Shown one piece after another: positions 50,976 to 62,600 of a stretch of 64,000 bases of DNA. Under the pieces are notes generated by a model that was not told where the DNA came from, ran no database searches, and was given only the letters and a program-made list of their open reading frames with translations. The DNA is from Camelus dromedarius (Eukaryota): NCBI RefSeq assembly GCF_036321535.1, contig NC_087436.1:92320001-92384000 (forward strand), read 5' to 3'. The position numbers were made by a program, and so were the translations under genes. Positions within the stretch are counted from its first letter, which is position 1; every line of letters starts with the position of its first letter.

Positions 50976-52559
50976 TCAGTTTTCTTTTCTTTTCCCTAGT
51001 GAAACTAAAAGCTCTCCAGCCGTGGTTTCTAGTACTCCTCTCTATGAAAATACATAGTAAATAAAATGGTACCCAAGAAGTTTGGTTGTTTTTAACAGAA
51101 CTCTTATTGGCGTCATGTAATAATTGAATACTTTAGAAAGCAGCTTTTCAGGCAGTTCATGAAGGATGTAATAATAATATTGTGGGGTAAGAAGAGTATC
51201 ATGTGAAGTAGTTTTCCAGTAAAATCAGTGCTAAGAAATTGACTAAAATGTTTTCTGAGAATGGTTTGATAAGTTTATATCAGCATAAGGTGACAATGTT
51301 TGAAATGGTACTCCCTAGAAAAGGAAAAAAATAAAACAATAGTTTACATAGTTGGACAAAGAGTATCTCTTTCAGTAAATTATAATTAATACATAATTTG
51401 TTTACTCAACAAAAATATATGAAGCAGTACTTAGGTACCAGGCATTCATTAGGAATTATATTAGGATGTCTTGCAAGTTTTTGTCCAGGGGGAAGGAAGG
51501 GCAGGAGACGCCATTGTTCATGTAGTTACTCAGGGCTGCAGCTAAGTCAGGGCTCAGCTTTGTGGAATATCAGTGGTCACCAGGACAGAGGAGGAGAGAG
51601 ATGGAAGTCTCACTTCTTCTGCATGTTGGCCCAGAAATGGTACATATCACACATATGCTTACAGCACAATGTTAGAACTAGTGACATGATGAAGGGAGAT
51701 GTAATCTCAGTCCATGGAATTAGAGGAGAACTAGATATTGGTGAACCTAGTAATGTCTACCACTCTTACATCAGTGAAGAAAACAGAGCCTATATTCTAG
51801 TAAACCTTCCTTCATATTCTACTAAACAGCAGTTTTAAAAAATTTATAATGAAACAGTAAGAATTACCTAAGACTTGACCACCCCAGTGCATTTTAACTC
51901 TTGATGCTTTAGACACCATCACATAACATGATTTCCTATTTTTATGTGTAAGTAACAAATGACCTAATGCTTATTTGAAAATACTATAAAATTATTGGAG
52001 AACTCTTAGTTTAAAAAAAGTCTGCATCATTCAAATGCCAATTCTTATGGTAGGAGTCAAGGTTGTTCATTACATTGTTAATATTCATCATAAAAATCAT
52101 GCCTTCTTTGCTATACACTTGTTAAGTTAAACACTGATTTACTTTATTCATTATAAAACAAATATTTATTTAAAGTCTGCAGTGTTCAGAGACAAAAATA
52201 CTGGGAATATGCCAGTGAGTAAAAGTAGCCATGATAGAGCTTGCAGTCCAGGACAGGGGGCAGACATTAATCAAGTAACCACATCAGCTGTTACTAGGAT
52301 TAAATGATGCCCTGAAGTCCTTAGAGCAATGCTAAGTGTGTGGTTAGTGCTGAATGAATGTTAATAATGTTAATCATCATCATCCAAAGATCTTTTTGAC
52401 CAAAATATGTTAAATGGATTGGAAGGAAAACAAAAAGAATTTTGGTAGTAGTTGGTAGGAAAACATGAAGATGTCTTAGACTTAAGTGGTATTATAAAGA
52501 TAAAGAAATATGGAAAAATGAATTCAATATATATTTAGGAGTAATATTGACAAGACAAC

Positions 52560-53200
52560 ACTATCTGGCTTGCTATATACTCTACGTATTTTACTTATTT
52601 ATTTATCTAATTTTTTATGTTATTAATGTTTTCTCTCCAACCACTGGAATGTAAGTTCCATGAGAGCACGAGTTTTTGTCTCTTGTTCATTGCTCTATCA
52701 GTAATAGTAACAGGGCCTGGCACATAGTGGTTTGTAAACATTTATTGGGAGAAGAAATGTATTGGATAGGAGTGAAAGGGAGAGAACGTACTTAGGAAAC
52801 TCAAGTTCCTGGTTTGTGCAGATGGATGGTATGTGGTTGCATGTCTGAGACAAGTATCAAGTCTTGGGGCTTACAGGCATAGGTTGCCTTTTGAACATAG
52901 CTTGCGATGCCTTTGAGACTGCCAGAGGGAGCTGTTAAGGAGACAGCTGGATGTGACTGGGGCTCAGATGAGAGTCTTGGCTGGTATATATTTAGATGAT
53001 GGTTGTCATTGAAATTGCAGATATGAATGATCAAAGAGAATATAGAATGAGAAGCAGAGAGGGCCAAGGAGTGAGCCTTAAGGAAACCCATCACTGAGAG
53101 ACAAGAAGGGGCCAAGATGCAGATGGATCACCTGGGCAAGATGTCTTAGGAAATGCCTAGAGGGGAAGGGTTCCCAGGAGGAAGGGGTGGTCAGCACTGC
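52560..53200. mobile_element. L2 fragments (3' end on + strand at about 52560-52750; body on - strand at about 52760-53200)
   Basis: ctggaatgtaagttccatgagagc...cctggcacatagtgg, then the typical antisense L2 body gctcagatgagagtcttggctgg. Confidence 0.72.
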
Positions 53201-55291
53201 ATGCTTAAGTACCCTACAGTTCATGGTGGTCTTTATTCAGTAGAGTTTATTAGAGCACTGTCAATCAGATACTGATAATAATAAATAATTCACGAGCTCT
53301 CAGTGATACTGAGTTCTGATTGCAGGACAGTAGAGGCATTTGAGCTCAGAGGATAGCTGTATTAATTTTCTGTGAACTATTTGTTTTAGAAGGAATGATG
53401 ATCTCTTTAAGATACAAAGTTTTTTTTTGTTTTTTGGGTTTTTTTGGCGGGGGATAATGATAAGATTAGAATCTACCTCTCTGGGTTGGATCCTCATGTA
53501 TCTTCAACACAATTGTTTCTTGACAGGTAACTCAATTTATTTTGTGGTGGGAAGGGTGAGGAGGGGAGGCTTCTGTACAAGAATTCTCTACAGGTGGAAA
53601 GTAATGTTCAGAATCTCCTTAGGTTTCACTAAGATTAAATTTCCAGTTTAAGTGGAATGTTTCATTAATTAGCTTTTATTTGTCTCCTTTAGTTGGAAGT
53701 CTAACCATTGTCTATCATAGATGTGAATTGTTCTGGAAACATTTGCACTGCCTTCAAATATCTAAATTTGCCTTGGACTGTTATTTTCGACCAAAATTTA
53801 TTTTGGGTTACTTTCTAATTTTCTTAATATCTTGATTAACAACAATCACAAAAAAAAATATTTTAGAGTTTTATCAATCATGGAATCTTCTCCACTGATG
53901 CTACAAATTTAATAGAACTTTAAAATTTTATTTAAGAACATTTGCTGGCAAATCATCTGCTTTTGGAAGCAATAATTTGCCTATTAAAAGTCTGCATTAT
54001 TACACTTTTATTAGTGAGTGTTTCATTATGAGAAAGAACTGTAGTGTGTTCCTGCATGTGGATGTGGCAAGAATCATTTTCAGCAAGCCTCCCACAGAGG
54101 CATTCTGAATGCCCTATTTGCATTTTGTGCAGTTCAGTGGCTGATTGTTTGGATGAACTGAGTTCACACTGCCAGCTATTATGCCTCTCCTCGTGAGCAT
54201 TGCCGGGTCTTGGAGTGCTAATCTACAAGCCCAGGCTTTTCTCTTGAAAAGTGTTTTCATTTGTGCCCTGTGATTCTAAAAACCATGTTTCTTCTCGGAC
54301 GGGGGACTTAGGAATTCGTTTGTTTTACATTCGTGCCAACCCACCTTATAGTTGGGAGTGTGCAGCTAAATCTGACCCTGGGCTTTCTGTGATAGAATCT
54401 TTGATTGGTCACACTCAGCACTTTTGTGCAACGTCAGTAGAGGCTGACTTGTTAGACTCGATGCTGCGAGTTCAGACGGAAGCCATGGAAGACCTCTAGT
54501 TGAACCATAGAGAAGATAACTGCTTCTCGCCACGCAGATCCTCACCTTTCCTCTGACCTTCCCTTTCTCTTTCTTACTGCTATAAAATCTTGGCTTATGT
54601 AACTCTTCAAACTCACCCGCCTAGACTTAGACTAACTCACTTGTTTACCTTTTAATTTTTTCGTGCTTTGGAGGAAGAAAAATGAGGTTCAGCGACTTAT
54701 GATGGGGGAGGCGGGCTGTGGGGAGCAGTGGAGAGAAGCAGCTTTATGCAAATGGTAGATGTATTTGGTTCTAGTCACTGACAGACATCAACACGTCATT
54801 AAATGATAGAGGATGTGCTCAGCTTAATTGGATAATGAATTTCATAAGAAACAATAATTCTGTGCCATTACTAAATGGTAGTTACTACAGATGATTCTCT
54901 TGGGCAATCTTCTTATTTAAGTAAGTTATTTAAGACTAAATCAGCCTTTCAGCTCCATCTTTTCTAGTACATTAGTATTTGTAAAACTTTAATCTTACGC
55001 ATGTGGTAATGTCCTATCTTTCTGAGGACCACACACCTATACTCCAAGAAGAGGACTAGCATATAAAGATGCTGTGGATCACACTTCCAGTTTTTAAATT
55101 TCTATATACCCTCTGATTGTTCCCATACCACACCCCTGGCATGGGAACTTCTACAATTGATATGGACATGAAAGGATAAAAGCCTTGAGAAACAGAAGTC
55201 AAAAGAAATCTCGGTTTTGTTACAGGTGCTATTTTGTTTTATTAATCTCATACTTGTTTTCACAGTTTTTGTTTTTGCTTTTAAACTTTAG

Positions 55292-55337
55292 AAACGACAT
55301 AAAGCTGATAATGCAGTGAACAAGAAACAGACACAAG
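55292..55337 (+). CDS. ATP8A1: ATP8A1 coding exon 5 (46 nt, KRHKADNAVNKKQTQ, ends phase 1)
   Basis: Acceptor ttaaactttag|A and donor AAG|GTAGGA. Continues the KE..ED.KRH..D..VN motif of P4-ATPases. Confidence 0.96.
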
Positions 55338-55409
55338 GTAGGAATTTTATATTTTGTTTCTTGTATCTATCAAATACGCTCATGCTAATATGTACTAATC
55401 ACTTCAATT

Positions 55410-55472
55410 ACATATATTCGTGGGAGAGGGTGAGCATCGCGTCCATGTACTCTGCCATCTTGGCAGTCCCCC
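55410..55472 (-). mobile_element. Isolated LINE-1 5'-terminal fragment (YY1-site region)
   Basis: The minus strand reads GGGGGACTGCCAAGATGGCAGAGTACATGGACGCGATGCTCACCCTCTCCCACGAA, which resembles the start of laurasiatherian L1 5' UTRs (G-run, CAAGATGGC, GGACG..GCTCACC.TC.CCCAC). Confidence 0.65.
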
Positions 55473-58400
55473 ACAATGGAGAATATTGTGTATCTCTTAA
55501 GTTTTTGTTCCAGGGTAGATTCTTGCTTTGTAGCATTTATTAGCATGACACTTAAAAATTCAGATTAGAGTGATTTGCAGGGTAATACTTTTTGAAAAGT
55601 AACATTTTTAATACATTTAAGTGCCTCATAGCAATGTACTCACAAGTATTGTCCATAAAATCTTCAGTTGTTTTTGACAGTGTTAAAGCAAAATGTCTTT
55701 ATTTGTGTGTGTGTGATCTGTAGATATTACCTGAGATAAGATTTATAGAAAATAATCAGATATGATGTTTCTTTGGTGGAAGGCATTTTGAAAGCACTTT
55801 GAGTTATCCTGGACTTGGAGATGATATGTGCTCCTGAAAGAAATAAAACAGGTAAAACCAGGCCAGCTGCTGGGAAGCACATCTCATTTTGACATGGCTT
55901 TTTTGTTGGGGATCTCATTTTGATGGAATCAAAACCAAAATGACGTTTGATGCAAGCAAATAGACCATTGTGCTCTCAATTTAAAAAAAAAAAACAAAAA
56001 AAAAACCCAGAAGCATGGGAAACAGATGTCTCATCCCTGAGCTCGCCCCACCTGAGAATCTCATCTCTCTCTCACCTGCCCTGTTGTGATGAGGATGAGC
56101 CATGTCTGCCTAAATGGGCTGGTAATTAAAACAGTATTTTTATACGGCATGACTGTTAGGGAACCCTGTCAAAACGCCCTGCCTCTTTTCTCACCATCTT
56201 CCACCAAAGGGATTATCTGCTGATCTATGATGCATTTGAGGAAGGTGCATTTATTAAAACATTGCCTAATAAATCAACTAAATATTTACTGAGATTATAT
56301 TTATTATGGGACATATGAAAAAGTGTAAGATGGGAACTATTTAAAAGGTAAAACAATCTTGTGTGGGAAATGAAGGGTTTGGCTGACATGATCTCAGTGT
56401 CTCTAGATTTTTGTGGCAAACAGTGGTTCCTGTGTCAAATGTTGTATGGATTCAAAAGAAGGAGAGAGAATGGTGGGGTAACTTGAGCTAGATCTTGAAT
56501 TCGAGGAAAATTTTATATGAGCAGAGGTCCCTGGGGAAGACATTACTTGTGTTGTTGAGTGAGAAGGAGGAAGAGAGATTTTCCTGAACGGAGATGAAAA
56601 AGGCTGCTGGATTGCTTTGCTGAACCACTATTAGAGTGGAGATATAAGGAGATTTATAGCAAAGAAGAGCAAAGACATGATTAGAAATGTAGGCCAGGGT
56701 CAAATTTTACAGGGCCTTGAATGCCAAGCCAAGGAGATTCCAATTTGTCTTGTGTATGCTGAGCAGCTGTTGAAGGTTTACAAGCGAAAAAGAGACACTA
56801 AGAACATGCAGATTAAAGCTGGAGAACAGAACGAAAGGGAACAGGGGACTATTAGAAGTGTGGGGACTAAGCTGCTCCAGGAGTTTGGGTGGGAAGGGAC
56901 AACCCCAGGTAATGAAAGGGGAAAAAACCCAAGTATGTCAGGTACTGGTATTTTTGGTGATGTGCAAGTTTTTGTGTTTGTTGCCATGTTGCTCAGAATA
57001 TTCAGTAACAGCTTTTGAACTAAAAATATGTAACTATTTTTTCCCAGTATGTAACGTGTCTTGTACCAGCGGGATCCTATCCTCAGGGACTGGCATTCAC
57101 TTATTTTCAAGTCTTGGCCCGAGAAGTCGACGTTGTACGGGTGAAGAGTCGCTGTCATAGCCAGGATGATTTTAGGCTACTCCATCCTGTATTCATGGGT
57201 TCTCTGGTTTTCCAGACACTTGCCTACTCCCAAAAATACTTCCTTTTGTCTACTCTTCAGAGAAAATATTCTTTCTTGGTTACCATTCTTGGTTCAGCAG
57301 TTCATTGTGGGCTGACAGGATTAGCTTAGCCCTATGGCTAGAAATGAAGAATAGGCAAGTGAGAGGAAAGGCTTCTACAGTATTTAAAACTCATGTCGAA
57401 AATAAACTATCAGGGCCTACATGTAAAGACCATTTTAAGTCAGCAGAATTCTTAGAAATCCCATATCTAAGAAACGATGGCCTTAGTTTGATACTTGAAA
57501 TTGTTTTCCAAGAGAAGGGAATCACTTTTTTCTTTGCCTAGATCAAGTATTGATCATCTTTTTAGTTTTGCATTTGTTAGGAGATAACAGAAATGTTCAT
57601 AGGATTTACAGGATGCTGTTACAGGGTGCTGTTTGCGGTCAGATAGCTCTAATTGCTTTATATGAAAGCCATCTGTTGTCATTAGACAAGAATGAAATTC
57701 AGTTTGCTTTTCTGAGTTGAGGCAGCGATGGGTGTAGGAGTGGAAAGGGGGTTACTTTTGGCAGATAATTAATTTTTGACAGACATTTGAAGTATTTAAC
57801 ATAAAATTTTATTTTCTAAATGTTTACCAAGACCATGCAGTACATAAAAGGACACCTTTCCCTCGGATTCAAATGTTAATCTGTCTACATTCTTAAAGAA
57901 ATGATTATCTTCTCTCCTTATTTTGATCTGAGGCACCAGAAAGTGACTTTTCTCTGTCATTGCCTTGTGACTTCAGAAATATAAATCTATAATTTCATTT
58001 ACAACATTTTCAGCCATTTACTGTGAACTGGTACCTGTCTGATGCCTCACCTTCACGAATTAATGAACTCGATCACGTGTTATATTATGGATTCTGCAGA
58101 AGGCAGGTCCACCCTCTCCCTCATCTTTGTGTCTGCACAGCTGTAGCATCCGCCCCTTCCTTAGCAGGTGCTCTGTGTGAGTGAGTTAACCATTCTCTGT
58201 ATAGATACTGCTGTGCAAATAAGGAAGCAAGAAGAGAGCAGAAATGAAAAGAGCCTTGTTGGAAATTCATTATCCAGGGTGTGAGCAAGATGAAAAGCAG
58301 TATTTTTTAAAACGCTGTGTCTCAGACTGTTTCATAGGCACTGATTTCAAAAAGAGAGAAAAAACTAATACAGTGGAAGTTCTTGCTGCCTCTTTACTTT

Positions 58401-59770
58401 CGCTGTTGAAGTCATTACATCATCATTTTAGTCTGCTCTGCCTCCTGTGAACACAGTATGTATCCATTTATTACTTCTGTTACCCGAAGCCTCAGAGCAC
58501 TGTCATATTCAGAATGCCCTGGCTTTCCTGGCATGTAAACTTACCTTCATTTTTTCCTGATTGCTTCCTCAGTATTTGAACTCGCAGTATTTGACATATC
58601 CTCTTCCATGTGTCTACACACACACTGGAGGCAGTCTCTCAATGTATTCCTGAATTGCTTTTTTTTTTTGCCTAATCTGGCTCTGCAGAATTTTGTAAAT
58701 TATACACTGGTAGTTATCATTATAATATGTATATTGAAGCCAATCCCTGTATGAATTTGTTGTGATGGTTGAGCTACTTCTTTTATTAAATTATAAATAT
58801 ATGCTTTTTAAAATGAAATACTATTATGGTCAGCATGCCAATATTTCAAGTGGAATGATAGATTTGCATAAAATCACAATATGGAGGCCTGGGAAAGGAT
58901 AGGATGGAGGTACGGACTAAGGTAATTGGGATCTAAAAAATTGAAATTAAAAATGCCTCTTAGTGAAGTAAGTTTGCTTTTTTAAAATCCCAGGCTTGGA
59001 TATATTCTCTGAAGGTTGGTGCACATACCTTCTGCAGGGGTGCATGTCTGGGAGACGCCTGTGGCCTCTGGCAGCACATCAGTCACCTGGCTGGATGCTG
59101 CAGGGGAATGAGGGCCACCATGACCACAGTTAGATTGTTTCATACCTTGTAGGTATTAGATTAGAATAAGTCTTCAATAAAGTAGTTTTGCTGTGTTTAA
59201 TTTAATTTAGAAAAAGACAGCATGAGATTCTTCTTAACTAGGCACATAGCTAAAAACAATAGCTCTCATCTCCACCTGTATCCTCCTTCCCTGGAGCTCC
59301 TTCAGCCTTTGCAGAAGTGGTGTTGAGTTGGTGGTGGCTGATAACCGCTAACAGGGCGACTTCCCTGCAGGATACAGAGTTGCTTATCTTCGACTGGAAG
59401 CTACTTCATCTTTAAAGTCCTTTATGGAAAAGGTGTTGAGTTGGTGTGGGTTGAATACATTCTAGGTTGTTAAGCCTGAAATGACCTACTAATAGGGCTG
59501 AGTCCATCTGGTTGAATTTATTACCTGCAAAGGGACTTAAAATAGCACCACTTTCCTGACTTATTGAAAAAGCCACTGTGCAGCCTTTTTGTCTCCCTGG
59601 AGGTGTCTCCACACCTGGTCCGTCCATAGGCCTAAACCTGTACTCTACAGCATGTACATCACTTGCCTAAAACAGTTCTTAGGAAGTATTGTTTCCATGA
59701 GCTTAAAAATTGGACTTAAAAATTAAGTGCATATATGGCCTAAAGGATGTTTTCAGACACCTCTAAGATT

Positions 59771-60310
59771 TTTTTTTAACTGAGTTATAGTCAGTTTACA
59801 ATGTAGAGCTTAATTTTTCAGTTATACATGAACATACTTATATTCATTGTCACATTCTTTTTCACTGTGAGCTACCACAAGATCTTTTGTATATATTTCC
59901 CTGTGCTATACAGTATAATCTTGTTTATCTATTCTACACATGCCTGTCAGTATCTACAAATTTCGAACTCCCAATCTGTCCCTTCCCACCGGCAACCACA
60001 AGTTTGTATTCTATATCTGTGAGTTTGTTTCTGTTTTGTATTTATGTTCATTTATTTTTTTAGATTCCACATATGAGCGATCTCATATGGTATTTTTCTT
60101 TCTCTTTCTGGCTTAATTCACTTAGAATGACATTCTCCCGGGACATCCATGTTGCTGCAAATGGCATTATGTTGTCGTTTTTTATGGCTAAATACTATTC
60201 CATTGTATAAATATATGACATCTTTATGCAGTCATCTGTTAATGGACATTTAGGCTGTTTCCATGTCTTGGCTATTGTAGGTAGTGCTGCTATGAACATT
60301 GGGGTGCAGG
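59771..60310 (-). mobile_element. Young 5'-truncated LINE-1 3' end with TSD
   Basis: Perfect 17-bp TSD cagacacctctaagatt at 59754-59770 and 60311-60327. Closely similar to the 31199 copy. Confidence 0.94.
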
Positions 60311-60864
60311 CAGACACCTCTAAGATTGTTAATATCTTCAAATTAAAATTTAAAAATCTTAGGATTTTATAAATTGAACTGGTCAGATACTTTCAGCAGT
60401 AGCCCTGGGTGAAGAGGAGGTATTTATTTGTGGGGAAGTACAACCCTATATTGTCTTTCATTTGTCCTATAAATAAAAGTTGCACACCCAGTTGCAAAAC
60501 CCACTAGGGAAACTGAGGGCCATAGTTAAAGTGAAAGGAGAAAAATAGGTGTGATCCAAAGTTAGAATGTTTATTATTTCAGTTCAGTAAGTCTTTATTG
60601 AACATCTACCTTGTGTAAGACCCAGTGCAGAAAATGCATAAAGAAACCAGGCTTCATTTTTGCCCTACAGGAAATTAGAATCCGGTAGGGGAGATAAGAT
60701 ACTTGCTGATACTATGATACAAGATAGAAAAACTAATAAAGGCCAAATGAGAGAGACGGGAATTCAGAAATGCCACATGCAAGGTTTGTAAAGTAAGCAG
60801 AGCTGTCGGGATGGGTGCAGGAGGAAGTGGGAAGGCCTGAGATATTTTCTGGGCATAGCAAATA

Positions 60865-61005
60865 CAGTTGTCCCTCAGTATCCATGGGGAATTGGTTCCA
60901 GGACCCCCTCCACTCAGGTACCAAAATCTGAGGATGCTCAAGTCCCTTATGTAAAATGGCGTGGTAGGTGGTGGATGCAGAAACCGTGGATACAAAGGGC
61001 TGAAT
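60865..61005. mobile_element. MER2-like (TcMar-Tigger) internally deleted fossil
   Basis: TA then cagttgtccctcagtatccatggggaattggttccaggacccc...ggatgctcaagtcccttat...ccgtggatacaaagggctga, with imperfect terminal inverted repeats. Confidence 0.85.
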
Positions 61006-61398
61006 ATAGTCTGTTTTGGCTGCAGTATAGCATACACGGCAGGGAGCAATGGGGGCTGGGACAGGAAGGCACATTAGGGTCATAATTCGGAGGCTTTTGA
61101 AAACCGGGGTGAAGAACTTGGAGAGAACTACTGAAGAGTACGGCTAGGTTCCCAGTTGTGCTTTTGAGCAAAGAATGTGACAGCTGTATGGGGATGGGTG
61201 GGGTGAGGCCAAAGGAAGACTGCCTTTTGATTAATTAGGGAAGAGGGAAAGGGCAGTGACAATGAGAAGACAAAGGAGAATACACAGTGGATAGATCCAA
61301 CTAGGCTTGGCAAAGGAGGGGAAACCCCATCAAACACTGCTGAGTTAAAAGAGGACCAGGATTGTGAGGCCCACTAATCGAGCATTTAAGAAGTCATC

Positions 61399-61560
61399 AA
61401 ATAGATAAGCAGTAAGGATTTACTGTATAGCACAGGGAATTATACTCAATATCTTGTATAACCTATAATGGAAATATAATCTGAAAAAAACTGAATTACT
61501 GTGCTATACACCTGAAACTAAACAATATTGTAAATCAACTGTACTTCAATTTAAAAACAA
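61399..61560 (+). mobile_element. Short sense-oriented LINE-1 3' terminal fragment
   Basis: ggatttactgtatagcacagggaattatactcaatatcttgt...tgtaaatcaactgtacttcaat plus an A-tail. Likely TSD aa(g/a)aagtca. Confidence 0.88.
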
Positions 61561-61989
61561 AAAAGTCACCGTTCTTAATTGGAGTTCTGATTCCAAACTG
61601 GAGAGCAGTTGTGGAGCTCTGAGAACTGAAGCCTGGTTGCAGGGAAGGGTGGAATGACTGGTGAGGCAGTGGAGGGAGATTTTTCTTTCAAGGAATTTCT
61701 TCATTACATAAAGGAAAAAGCAAGTGTTTCATGGTGGTGAGCAGGATTGCGGGAAAATATTTTGACAAAGGAAATTGTTGACCCTTGTGCTCTGGTCACA
61801 TCATCTCACACATATTTTTTTTTTAATAAGTCACTGGTTCTCAAACAGCTTGCCGGGACCCACCCCTGTAGTTTCTGTAGGCCTTGCACAGGATCCCAGC
61901 ATCTCACTGCTAAGAAATGCTCGGTGAGGCTGATTGCTAGTGCTGACCACTGTTAAAGGTTTTATAAGTGAGTTGATAGAAGTGATATC

Positions 61990-62600
61990 AACTCACTGGA
62001 AATCTCTTCAGAGAATGTGGACGAGTGGGGAACTGAGGACTTCCCTGTTGTCTTTTGTGTTAAGACCCCAAGCAGACTGTTGCTTAACTTGACCTTTGTA
62101 GACACGTTCGTGCAGGAGACCTCTGTGCAATGTCAGTTTGTTGCACAAGAGATTTTTGCCTTCAAGTTGTCTTTGTAAGTAAGGGTCTGCGTAGTGGACC
62201 AATTGATGCTTTAACGTGGCTCTGTTGGTTTTCCTTCTCGGCCTGTTTCAAAGTCAGAGTTCAGTCAGTTGCACTCTTAACCTTGTTGGTGAACTGAAGT
62301 TCCTCTTCAGGGCTTACTCCCACCTAGAAATTGCAGCATACTGCCTTTTCTGTGGTTTCTCTGTCTTCTGTGACAGCGGTGGTGCCCATTGTCCTTTTGG
62401 ACAACTTGCCTCTTGTTACACACTTCAAGAAGTGGCTTGATTGCTCAGGAACGGCCCCAGTGGTAGACGAGTTCGATTGCAGGGCTGGCGGCTTCTCTCA
62501 GAGAAGCCAAGCCGGCACCTGTACCCGTATGATGAGTCCTGAGAGACTGACAGTTGCTCCAGGGCCTTTGATCTGATCAGCGGATTCCCAAGGGACTCTA
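61990..62600 (-). mobile_element. Ancient RTE-clade LINE relic (L4-like), reverse-transcriptase core
   Basis: Frameshifted minus-strand translation gives, in order, SKAL/ATVSLSGL (cf. TKAFDTVSR.GL), VTRG..KGQWAPPL (cf. V..GVKQGC.LAP.L), VHYAD (cf. L.YADD, 62185-62193) and GLNTKD..EVL (cf. GL.INTKKTEVL). Confidence 0.6.
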
